Shown in pieces: positions 25,791 to 38,900 of a DNA stretch of 64,000 bases. Within the stretch, counting starts at the first letter, position 1; every line of letters starts with the position of its first letter. The notes under the pieces were generated by a model that was not told where the DNA came from, ran no database searches, and saw only the letters and a list, made by a program, of their open reading frames with translations. Origin of the DNA: Phallusia mammillata (Eukaryota); the NCBI GenBank assembly GCA_965637545.1, contig OZ281500.1, positions 4,216,001 to 4,280,000 of the forward strand, written 5' to 3'. The position numbers were made by a program, and so were the translations under genes.

Positions 25791-26272
25791 AGACTTTTGG
25801 TTGTTGAAGAATTGTTGTAAATTTTAGTAAACAACTTGGTGCTATTGTGACTGTGTTCTAAACACGTTAACGTAAACATAAACATTATAATAGTTTAGAG
25901 TCGCTAAACTCGCTATGTTTAGATTTAGATCGTTTTATAAAGTATGCGAGGATTTCAAACAAATATTAGACAGATAACCAACACATTTTCCAAGTTGTAA
26001 AGATTGTGGACAATGTTATGTTACAATAGTATTAAAAAAGCTCGTTAAAAGGTATTTATTAAGTTTTTTCTGAAGTTCTTGGTAATTATATATGTATTTC
26101 ATGTTAATAAAAAGGCTTGTGTGTAATTTTGGTAAATTTCTTAAAAGTCATGTTTGTTATGGGTTTTGTGATTAATATGTGAAAAACGTTAACAATATGG
26201 GTTGTATGTTCAGAAACAGATTTTAGCTACTTTACTAGCTTAGGAGTTTATGTTTTAATTGAATTTTCAAAA

Positions 26273-26887
26273 ATGTCGAACCCAGCACCAGCTACTCAAC
26301 CTGCTCAAGCACCAGCAGCAGCAGCACCTACAGTCAAGCAGGGCAGAGGAATTGTTAAGCAGGTAAGACTATTTCTGTACATATTTGTCACAAAGAGTTT
26401 TAATTGGTCCCATCCAAAGTTTCACCCAGTTTCACTCATTTTTTTGTGAGCTTCAGTCACAAAACGCTTCATAATATGGGTTTAGTCATGACCACCAATT
26501 GTATTGTATTAATTTTGAAACCGTGCATGAAAATGGTACATAGGAATATGAAAACACTACACTAGCGCCACGGAATCGGGAAACAGCTGCAAAAACCTCG
26601 CGGTTGAAAATACGCCAATGTCAAAAATTTTACAAAAAAGGACATAATATTGTCAGACGCAGCAGCCGCACCCTTAAAAAGACTACGTTATAAACCAGGG
26701 GTGGCCAACCTTCTACATACCATTCGCCAACTTTTTAACATACTGTGTTGGATGCGCCATAAATGTCTCGTAACCCCACCTTCTATGACTACTTCTTGTA
26801 TATAGAGAGAAAGAGAAAGAAACAACTTTTGCATGAGAAGGATAGTAATAAGAAATAAGAACTATTAAGTAAAAAATAATTTTGATA

Positions 26888-26923
<36 letters not shown>

Positions 26924-29900
26924 TAGGGCTGGCTTACTTTATTTATTTATTAGTTTATTAATTTGATTTTCATGATTATCAAAAGAAGGCAATGCGCCCT
27001 TTCTAATCATGCAATGCGCCATGTTTGGCGCATGCGCCATAGGTTGGCCATCACTGTTATAAACAGTATCGAACGAAATTTAAAAATGAATAAAAAACAA
27101 AACAAAAACACACAAATTTATTTAACAAAAACACACAAATTTATTTTGTGCCTTCCACTGTTTTATGCTACATAATGTTTATTTCCGACTTGGTGATTGT
27201 TTCAGTGCAATCGTGTCGCTATGTGTTCTTTCACCAAGCGAAATAAACTCAACTTAAAAAAGACTTAGTTTAAGACTTGGAGTTTTACAATGAAGACATT
27301 TTCTAAACTAGTTCGTTCCATTGCAGGTACTTTCTGGAGATGCCTTGATTGTTCGAGGTCAACCCAAGGGTGGTCCACCACCTGAGAAGCAAATTAACTT
27401 GTCTAACATCATTGCCCCAAAAGTGGCTAAACGGAGCAATCCCAATTATCCAGATTCTGTTGAAACTAATGATGAGGTTTGGTTAATTTTTGATGCATAC
27501 CTAAACCGAAGCAAGATTTTACTGTATTTGTTTAATTTCCATTTAACAATAATGTGCTTGTTTGAATGGGTTTTGGTTTAGGACTAAAACAACAGGTTTT
27601 GATGATGTGTTATCGTAGGCATTTGCATGGCAATCGAGAGAAAATTTGCGAAGAAAGGTGATTGGACATGAGATTTTCTTTCTTATTGAGCATGCAGTCA
27701 ACAATGACAGATGCTATGGAACTGTTTTTCTGGGCACTAGTAAGATTATATTTGGTTTATATACCAAAATGGGTTTGTTTCCTTCCATTTGTAACTTTTT
27801 TTCTTGTTTCTAGGCACAAGCGGGCAAAATTTGGCTGAGATGCAAGTCAGTGAGGGCTGGGCTGAAGTAAGGAGGGTCAATGTGAGATCTGACAAGTATG
27901 TACCCCTTGTGTTTTTATATTTCAGGTATCATCATGTAACATATTCCTTACTTGTCTGTAGCACTGAGCATGCAAGACTTATTGAACTGGAGGATCAGGC
28001 AAAAGCTGCAGGCAAGGGAAAATGGCAAGAACCTCGACCTGCTGATGCAATTCGTGATGTAAAGTGGACAATTGACAATGTCAGGAATTTTGTTGATTCC
28101 CATCATGGAGAACCAATTCCAGGTACATTAGTTAACTCTTACACAACAACGAAATTTAGAGGAATTTTTCAATTTGGCGGTAAAAAACATTTGCAGTGTT
28201 TTTCTTGTTGTTGTTTATTGATGACTGCACCTTTCTGTTTACTTTTGTCTGCATATACAAAACTTAACTTACTATAAATAATAAAATCCTTGGGTTCAAT
28301 ATAATTATATAGGAGTACAATTGTATTTCGCCTGAATGGCATCATCATTTCCTTATTTAAGTACCTTACTACTTACTTATATATATGTACCTAGTTGGTT
28401 GTTGTCAACTGTCCTACCTCTGTAACACTTTAATAGCATATAAGTAATGTCAACAAAACCTACATTTTTCAGCTGTGATCGAGCATGTTAGAGATGGTGG
28501 AACCATGAGAGCTTTTCTGCCAAGTAATCACCTGATTACATTTATGCTCAGGTAATACTCTGACATCCTGTCACCAACAATGTTATGTGCTTTTATGACT
28601 TAGTTCCAGTTTTTAAACTACTTGCCCCAAATTAGTGATACGCTAACTTTTCGATACTTTATTATAATGGCCTCTTGGCAATTTTGGGGTTGTCCAAACT
28701 AAATACTTTGAAACCTTCTCTAACCTAATCCTCCTACAACAGTACAGACATCTTCAATTGAACTATTAATACTATATTTTCATTCAGGCTTGGGGCAAAA
28801 TACACAAAACTGTAAACAAAAAAGAGGATGTATTTGAAACATTTTTATTTGTTTCATTCAACCTTTTACTAAAAAAATGTATATTTTTTTCTAACAGTGG
28901 GGTCAAGTGTCCAATGATTCGACGAGATCCTGAAGACCCGAAAAAGGAAGTTGCTGAACCATTTGCAGCTGAGGCAAAATTCTTTGTGGAGTCCAGGCTG
29001 CTTCAGCGTGATGTAAAGATTATATTGGAAGGTGTATCGAACCAAAACACCCTGTTGGCTACAGTGTTGCACCCAGTAAGTTTAACATTTCCACTAACGC
29101 AAATCAGCAAAAGTTTTATGTGTTGACAGAAGTTTTTTTTTTCTGTTGCTCTTTGTAAATCACTAAAATTTGATGATGTCAAGTTTAACACTTATTAAAC
29201 AGGTCAGGGTAGGTAAAAGCTACAGGTGTTTTACTGGCTGAGGCAAAACATTCCATTTTAACATACATGTGCAACATTAAAACGTAAATGTTTCCAATTT
29301 TGACCTGTAGAAAACAATTTTGTTTGTACATATTGATCGAATATAAGAAGTGATAGACAATGTACGACCAATTTAGACTGTTTTGTTGGTTCATAATTGT
29401 GATCATTTAATTTTTTGTCTTTAAGTACCTATGCATAGGTTTATTTCCTTTAATAACTTAAAAGCAATATCCAGTTCTTCAGTATAATGTGGACTGGTAT
29501 ATTTTCTGATCACTAAACCTGACATCACTCACCTTTGCGTCACAGAACGGCATTATGACGGAGATCTTACTTCGTGAGGGATTTGCACGTTGTGTGGATT
29601 GGAGCATTACTTCCTATTCGCGGGGACCAGAAAAACTGCGAGCTCTTGAAAAGTATGTGCATGTCGTAACCTTGTCATACGTTCAATTTAATTTTAGCGC
29701 TACTATCTGTGTGTATTTTAGCATATTAAACAATAATTAAAATACCTTTAAAAACACACGCCCAACGCAAAGGTCGTGGCTTGAAACATCAAAATTAAAA
29801 TCACACATTTCCACAACGCAAATTGCTTTACAGACAAGCCAAGGAGCGTAAAGTCCGTATCTGGAGAGATTACGTTTCGAAGACGTCCGATATCAACCCG

Positions 29901-32900
29901 GACGACAAGGAATTTACCGGGAAAGTAATTCAGATCGTGAACGCCGACGCTATCGCGATTAAAACAGCATCTGGTGAAGTAAAAACTATTCATTTGTCCA
30001 GCGTTCGACCTCCAAGGTAATTACGATGTTTTGGCCTTTTAGTTTTATAATCTGTAAGACAACTGTTCGCATTTAATTTTTTGAGTGATAAGCATTCAAA
30101 AAGCATTCAGCCTGATTTCCGTAAACTTCAAAAACACATCCGTATATAGTAGAGGATTTTTTAACTTATCTACAATGGCAAACTGCGCAGCCGAATCTTA
30201 AAAATGCTTCTACAATGTAAAAGCATTAATCCATCCAACAGAACTACTGTTTGTTGAAGGTAACAGGCTAAAAATCCATGACTCAGTTATTTTATAGATG
30301 CCACTACTGGGCATAAACTACAGAGGAAACTGGCTCACCATGGCCGCACTGATGAGTCCTTATAGGTCAAATAGGTGGTCTATTTGAACCGCTTTTAAAC
30401 TCATTTTTTCACCACATTTAAGGTATGACGACGTAACGTTTAAGATGGACAAGGACTCCGCCCCGGAACAAGGAAAAGGCAAAGGGCGCCCTCTATACGA
30501 TGTCCCATACATGTTCGAGGCTCGGGAGTTTTTGCGAAAGAAACTTATTGGCAAGAAGGTTAGTTTGAATAAATCGACAGTCATTCTCACCTATTATATT
30601 TTTAAAGTGATATGGTATCACGATATTTTCCCGTAATATTCTGATATTTTATCGTGATATTATTTGTCATGATGTTTTCCTCTGATATTTCTTCACAATG
30701 TTTCACCACGATTTTTTTCGATTTTTTACTATGATATATTTTCGTGAAACGTGGAATTCTTTCACAGGTGAATGTGAGTCTTGATTACATGAAACCGTCA
30801 AGTGCTGCGACTGAAACTTTGGCAGCTTTTCCCGAAAGAACTTGTGCAACGGTCCGTAGTGCTGGAATGTAAGTTTTATTTATCACTCTTCAGCATTTAA
30901 AGAAAATAACTCTAAATATACTATGCAGCTAAAACATTTTGTTTGTAATTGTGATTTACCTCAAAAAATTACCATTATGTCCAGTGCGTCAGGAACACTA
31001 AAAAAATCATAAAAATGAGCTTAAATATGAACGTAAATCAGAAAATAATTGAGATGAACATAAATTCATAACTCAGCCCTGAAGCGTCTATGCACACCAG
31101 CGATCACGGCACACTCCTATATAAATCACAGTGAATGCTCGGTGAGCGGCTGATTCGGTATGGTACCTTTAATGGGCCTGGCGTACTGTGATCTGTCAGA
31201 AAATAGGTACAGTTTATGACAAATATCTGGAAACAACATTACATTTAATAGTGTAAGTTTTCAATAATGCAACAGAAAATATATTAAATTATCAATAGTA
31301 TATCAAAAAAAAAAATTTGTAAGCATTTTGCTGTGTTGCTTGTTTTGCATTAAAATTTGCATATTTGCTTTTAGAAACATCGCCGAAGCGTTGGTGAGCA
31401 AGGGTCTCGTCAAAGTTGTACGTCACAGACAAGATGATGACCAGCGTTCTGCGCATTACGACGATCTACTTGCTGCAGAACAGAGGTAAGTTGAACAGCT
31501 AGCTATATCTGATTATGCCAGCTTTGCTATCCTAATAGTACCTGGCACAAGTGGGTCATGCTTGGCACTGTATTGCGCTTTTAATGCTTATGCCCTCCGC
31601 CGAAAATTCAATATGATGCTGAACGCAAGATCATTTTTTAGCATTATATGGTTGCAAGTAAAAAGTCTTAGTCTTAGGCCTCCTAAGCTAAGCCACTATA
31701 AACACATTTTTTAAAACTGCCTCGTTTTATGTTTTTCACGAGGTCAAAATCAATTTTTCAGATTTAAACAAAGGTAAATGCGCTTGCTGATTTATTGTTA
31801 CCACTTACTGAAACGTTTCATATCTCAACCATTACCTCAAAATTTTTGGTGCTGGGTCAAACATCTACAGCATTTTCCCATTTCTTTTATTTAATATATA
31901 TTTTTGTGGGAATAAACTGGAGACAAAGTTGCCCTACTCGTTGTCCTCAAAGTTCCATGCACAAGTTTATCAGAACTTAAACACTTCTGTTTGATATAGA
32001 GCTATTAAAACCGGCAAGGGCGTGAACAGTAAGAAGGAACCTCCCATCCACCGCGTTGCTGACGTATCTGGTGACGTCACCAAATCGAAGCAGTTTCTCC
32101 CCTTTTTGCAAAGAGCCGGAAAGTGAGTTCAGTATTCATAATAAATTTAGTTGATTGTTTAACAGATGGTTTGTAAGTTAGCAAAATCACAATATCAAAT
32201 AAGCAACGTGATCACCTTTGTTTCGAATTATTTTCTAATTATAAAAAAGAAAAAAGAAGAAATAAATTGTAAACACTAAAATTTGGGAATTACTTTTTGC
32301 CTCTAAGTTATTGTAAGGTAAAAAAAAACTTATAAAAATAAAAAAACTTAACGATAAAAAAACTTATTTTTGATCTAATTTCTAAACATTAGCTAATATT
32401 ATTTAGAACCTTTAGAATTTAAGTATTTTAAGCCCTTCGTTGTTTCACGGGTTGCTTTTACTTTCGTTTGGTCAAAAATAAATTCAAACCGAACGAAAAT
32501 CCAATCTCAATGTAACAGGTCGGAAGCAGTGGTGGAATACGTCTTCGGTGGATCACGACTCAAGCTCTACATTCCAAGAGAAACTTGTCTCATCACCTTC
32601 CTATTGGCAGGTTGGTTTGTCACGTGATCTGTTTGTCCATTTCAATCTATCGGATAAGTGGTTATCAAAATTGGGTGCTCGAATCGGATCTAGGGTTGCG
32701 TGAAAAATTATTTTTTTTTTAGTTTTTTAACTAATGCTCTGCTCACAACTCCAATTTGCCCATTTTTTTTGTGGTTAACCTAGATGTGCGATTACCGGGA
32801 TTTTCGTTAGATTTTCGTTGAGTTTTTGTGGCAAAAAACAGAATTAGCGATAAACCGCAACCGTCTGGTACTTACAATGTAAAAGATATCAACAGCGCAA

Positions 32901-35900
32901 CACTGTGGTATCTATTGCACTTACAGCATGCAATGAAAATTTCTCGTATACGTCCCTTTTTAGTATTGATGTTTCTCTCCACAGCTCATAGAGCTACTGA
33001 TGTTAAAACGCATCAAAATGAGCCATATGTTTTTTTTTACAATCTTTTCGATATAAACCATATTGAAGTGTTATTTTAAGCAGGTTTTGGGCAATTGCTA
33101 AACCAGTGTGACTAAAAAAGTAGAAAGTTTGTCTACTTATTTTACGTAACCGGGTTATTTATTCCCTTTAGGCATCGATTGTCCGCGCAGAGCAAGGAAC
33201 GGAGCTCAAGGTTTGATGGAGGGCGATCCTTTTGCTGAGGAAGCGCTGCTATTGACCAAGGAGTATTGTATGCACAGAGAGGTAGGATTGGCATTATAAA
33301 ATCGCTGCAATAGAACCTGAAATTTTGATAAGGCTGTTTGTAGTAAATGTTTCGACGTAGAGGTTTAAAAAGCAGCAATGTTTTATACTGACTGCTGATT
33401 CGTTTTGTTATTCTAGGTATTTCGTTTCGTGGTTACAACCCTAAACAATGTAGTTTTTGATATTCGGCTTGTATCTTTCCTTTAGGAATATTTAAGATGT
33501 TGAATTGTGTATCGTAAGTTACCTTCAAAACTATAAGTCAAGAGCAGTTGTGGTTGGTCATAATGAAACTATATAAACCTGGACTCAAAAATCGCGGATC
33601 TCGTTGGTTTTATTTGTTCGTGACAAAGGCGAAAAAAACAAAATAACAACTACTAGCAATTATATTTTCGTGCGGAACACAAGCATTTATGACATACACG
33701 CACGAAAATGTATCTTCAGCAACACAATATTTCATTGCCTAAAGTGTTTCTTTGCTTTCCAAAAACCTCAATCCTTCTATCTTCCGCACCATCCCGTGTA
33801 TAACGTCATATTCGTCACAAGCGTCATTGTGACGTCATATTTCGGTCTCCTTGTGGTTCAGTAGTCCTTCGAGGCTTCGCATGCGAATCGGTATCTTCCT
33901 TTTTGGCGGATCAACCAATCTGACACTCCTGCGTCGTTGCGTGGCAACACCTGTAGTTTGAAGTTGTTACTAGGTGGCGCTATGTGCAAAATATCACTTT
34001 TTATACCTGTGCTAAAATCCACATCACCTACACCCGCAATGTCTCCATCAACACTTGGGTAGCTCATGAAAGACGACTTCTTCAAGTTGTCACACGACCT
34101 ATGGTGAACCCGACACATGGTAACGTCTTGTTGATTGTTGCTGTGGTTACCGTTGCCAGGCCTCTGTTCGATATAGCTGCGCCGTTGCATGGCAACCTGC
34201 TGGCATGACGACGCGATGTTGCTAAGCAATTGCTTAGGAACCGGGGATACCCCTGAACCGCGACCGGGCAGAGTCTGCACCCCATAGTTGTCGACAGGTG
34301 GCGCTCTCGGCCGATTGTTTCTCGTCGTTTGAAACTTTAGCTCCTCTGGAGGTGGCGGGAGGACTTGCACTGGGTTTTCCGATATTGGGGCGAAAACCGG
34401 TTTTGCTGCGTACGACAACGACGGTTTCCACGACAACGGAACGCTGATGTCAGTGCTCGGGGTCCTTGCTGGCGTTGTATTAGCGGATGTTGAACTAAAA
34501 GACATTTCATTTTAAGTTAAAAACACATGCTGTATATTGCTTGGCTTTATCGTAAAGTTTACATCACTACTTGCGTGTGTGATGCACATATATCACTTAC
34601 CAAGTTATGTTCGCTGCATTAAGTGCGGAATTTTGCAACAGCGTGTCCAGTCGTTTCTGTGCGTTCCGGTCCAGTACGTTTGCATCAATCCGTGTGTCAC
34701 GTGGTAAGCTTTGGTCTGAATCTGCATCAAGTGACCAACAATGCGTTAAATTTCAAAAAAGAGTTAACAAAACAAGTTGTTCTTTACATTTTACAATATA
34801 GCTTCTGTGTCTTAAGGAAGAGTTTGGTATATAAAGGTATTCTGTGTTTTATGAAATGACAAAATTAAGAGTCCGTTATTTAACAAATTTGTCGTTCAAC
34901 TGGTGTAATGCTAAACAAAATACTAGTTGTTTCAAGAACTTGTATTTTTGGTGACGTTTCGCCCACCAAAACGGTAGGGCTTCTTCAGAGCAATGAATGT
35001 TTTTTTGCGAGCACACAAGCGCAGCGGAATTTAAAAGTCCTTCACAAGAAAGCGTGGTGAATGTGTTCATGATGTCCGTTTGCTATATTCATTTTACTTA
35101 CCTACTGACTTGTGTCTCCTGCTTCCTCGGTTTTGGTTGTAGTTTCTGTGACGTAACTTGTAGAAAATGATGAGTAACGCTGCTGCTAAGAGTGTAATGC
35201 CCACAAAACAACCCACTATGATCTTCGTGGTTTCCATTACCTTAAAAAAGTGAAAATAACTTTTGTGACCTTTATAGCTTAAATGGGAACCTACTGCAGA
35301 TTGGCAACAAAATTTAATAGTAAGGGCGCGTGGTTTTGATAACACTGAATAATTTATCATTGAGGTTATTATTAACGGGGTCACAATTAGTGGGACAACT
35401 GGTCGTTGTGAGGTGTTTTTTTCACAAATAATGTCTTTTCACTGAAGCCTTTTTCCTCCACCAAAAAGAAAACATTTACCAACTATATTGGTTGTTTTAA
35501 AAAAACCAACCTGGTCCGCTGTATCTTGGGAACTGGTTATGACTGGTTGTTTGAAAATTGGTACAATCGACTTGGTCTCTTCATTTATGCTGGTTGTCTT
35601 TGTAGTAGTGGTTTGTGTTCGGGATGGTGTGAAATAAGCCGGTCTTGGAGTGTATGTAAACTACAAATTTACAAAGCGTAAGTTTTTTGGCATTGTTTTA
35701 TCAAATGATAGTACTGTTAGATTTCCTTTAATTTTACACTTGTTTATCACATTATTCGACATTTTTAATTTTGAAAAAGTAAAATTTGAAATTATTTGCC
35801 TTTCGCTCACCCATTTATTGGTATTTGTTGCTACTGTTGGAGGTGGGTTTTGGTTCCTCGATTTTATGACCGTGGTCTCGGTGGTTAGCACTGACGTAAA

Positions 35901-38900
35901 CATTCTGACGTCATTAGATTGCGTCACATTAAGAAAAATAGTTGTCTCTGCAACGTCAGTACCGTTCCGCGTCACTGCACATCGGTAAATCCCCGTATCT
36001 TTCATTGTGACGTAAGTAAAGTTAAGGGATCCTGAAATAAAATGAAATTATGAGTAACGGTATTTCTTATAGAATCCATAACCAACCCATCAGTTGGTAA
36101 ATGTAATGAACTGCATCATTTTTTAATGCCTAATGCTACCAACGTTTTATTAATAGCTGTTGTGGTTATGACTACAAAGTCACAATTCATTACGTTCTAT
36201 CATATAACACGTCTAAAACAATCACGTCACAGCCAATCAAAGCAAACACCTTTGCCGCCAAACATTGCTCACGCGATTGCCATGACAACGATCGGTTTTG
36301 GATCAATAAATAATTATCTGCGTATTTGCCCACAAATTTGCATCACCGTGAGCAAATGGGGCAGCATGGCAATGGCTTAAAATCTCGCAATCAATAAACA
36401 CTTGGCGTGACGCAAGATCGATTGACGTCATTTGTTGTGGTTTTGGGGAAAAACAAACGTGACAAAGCGTTCGTACAGTGCAACTTTATTTTCGTATCCG
36501 GCATTTCGTATTTGAATCTAGAGATATGCTGTTTTGAAAATTATGTTGCAAATTAATGTTAATAACAAGAAAGAGACATGCCAATATATTTGTAAAAAAC
36601 GTAACCTTTCGACATTCTTTATGTCGTTCTTGTCAGTATCTTTAAAACCGTGAATTGTGTATCTAGTGTCAATGGCATTGATTTCCGACAAGTGTTATTT
36701 AAATTTAAATAGATAACAAAAAAAAAACGGTTGGTAGAAGTAAACTGAGGGACTAAAGTTACTTTTGGGAGTAAAAAAATCCGTTATCTCACCATTTCCA
36801 AGCGGTTTAATTCGCACTTCAAACCTCCCATGTCTGATTGGACTTCCGTCTGGTCTGTACCATTTCACTTGTACTTGCTTCGCTTTGCGTTTGACCGACG
36901 GCGCAGTGGGACATGGAATCTTCACTGAATCGCCCACTGAAACGTTCATACTTGCTGCTGAAGCTGTGAACAAAAATCAACACTTTGGGTTCTTACTGAT
37001 TCAAATTTATCAGAAAATTGTGATTGAAAGTGTCTCAGCCATCATATTAAAGTTACAAATACATAAAAAATTTATGAACGTTTTTTATGTATTCCTTAAC
37101 ATGAAAAGTGCGAAAATATTGGTTACTGGTGTGCAGTAAGATTAAAATATTCAGCTTTTGAATTAGGTTGCGTTTAAAATGCAAAATACATAGTCTTAAT
37201 TGTTAAAAAAACACAGCTTGTCTTCGGATAGAGGGACGCCCAGTGCAAAACAAAATTTGAACAATATTCTGAAACAAAATTGATTGCTTCTTTATCTTTT
37301 TCGCGTGGCACAACATCAGAAAACTCTTGATCAATATGTGGTGCGATTTTCCACCCCTTCATCTTCAGGCGCCAAAGGAAAACACTTCAATCATAGTGAC
37401 AGTACAAACACGGTCGACCACAGCGCCTGATCTTGTCCATCGATTCGCGATCAGCTCTAATGCAATTCTCGCGTTGCCTACGTTTTCTGGCAACAACGCT
37501 TACTCTCACACCGTTTGACCACTTACCGGCGTTAACGATGCGCGCGGCGCATGGCGGGTTTTGAACCCGTGTGAAGTTAACCAGAGGCATACGCCTGTAC
37601 ATCAGTGGGTATTTGCATCGCCCGCAACCCTCCCCTGAGCAAATGTTGCTTGCTTCAAGATATCTGTTGAGATAAAAACACTGTTAAATTTATGAACACC
37701 ATACACGGTTTTTGATCACATAACCTCCTTCCTTGTTTGTTTCTGTATTACAAAACCACCGAAAATTCAATGCCTTTCTCACATTTAGATAATAAACTGA
37801 AAATTAAAAAACACAAGAAAAACCTGAAACACGAACTCAAATGTAAGTCTTTGGATTGTCTATTTGTAGGCAGATTTTTTGCTTTTCATAAATATTTCTG
37901 TAAAATTTGGTGTTAGTGAGCTAGAAAAAAGCAGTCCTGGTGGCCCCCAAAAAACACTAGCGCGATCTAGGCCAATCATCATCGATTTTCACATAAACGT
38001 CATTGATCTTGCAATACATTTGTTTATCGATCGGTGTACCTTCTCAAATATTTTCCAGACAAACGTATAGAATGCATGGTTGTCTGCTTGTATAACACCA
38101 TCAATACCTTGCAAATTGAAGTAGGTCGCAGTTGCAAAACCATGGGTTTCCCTCAAATTGCATTCTTCTGCTGTTCGGTAGCAAATCAGGATAAATCGTT
38201 GTCAAGTTGTTTGATGCAAGGCTGAGGCTCTATAAAACGAACAAAGAATGCCCGTCCATCATTAATGCAACCATTAACTCTTACACACACACACACCCAA
38301 AAAACTTTTACATACACCCCTCTTACATGTATTTTTGAAACAAAAACTATTCAAACCTTAAAAAAATAAAATCGATTATTGTCATATAGTGTCTGTCGAA
38401 GCAAGATATTGGTCTTTATAGACACTATTTTTGTTAGTGTTCTGTGTAGCACCGTATTGAAAACACCGTTTGAAACTATCAGGGGGTAATTAAAGTTTGA
38501 CCATAAACCAATGTAAATACTGTAGCTGTGACTGTTCCAAAAATCATTTTGAAGAGCATGTTTGCAATTGGTTGGGGTATTCTTAATAGACGGCATTGTT
38601 TAGAACTTGTGTAGGACCGTAAGCATCTCTTGGATAGCCTTTACAAGTGGTGGATACTGTTACACACGCCAGGTGTAATTTCGTACTTCACGCGTAAATT
38701 ATTCAAGGTTTAATGGAAATTTGGGCTTTGTTCCAACTTTTGTGGTGGATCCGAAGGTGGCATACCGAACTTAAAGAATTGATAAAGAACACAGATAAAG
38801 AATTAAAGCATCATCTTTGCAAAATGCGAGTTCGGATATGGCCCGTTTGTGTTTAACTGGAGGCAACTGCTCAGGCCCATATAGCGTTTACTGAAGTATT

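Noticed and set aside
30298-30366. Possible cassette exon (tttatag|ATGCC...TATAG|gtcaaa) in SND1 intron 9
   Set aside because: Weak donor, an in-frame stop in the SND1 phase, and no similarity to SND1 orthologues.
30349-30390. CTGATGAGTCC hammerhead-like core followed by a hairpin in SND1 intron 9
   Set aside because: The invariant G of GAAA is missing (GGTC-AAA), stem II has a mismatch, and stem I gives only 2 bp.
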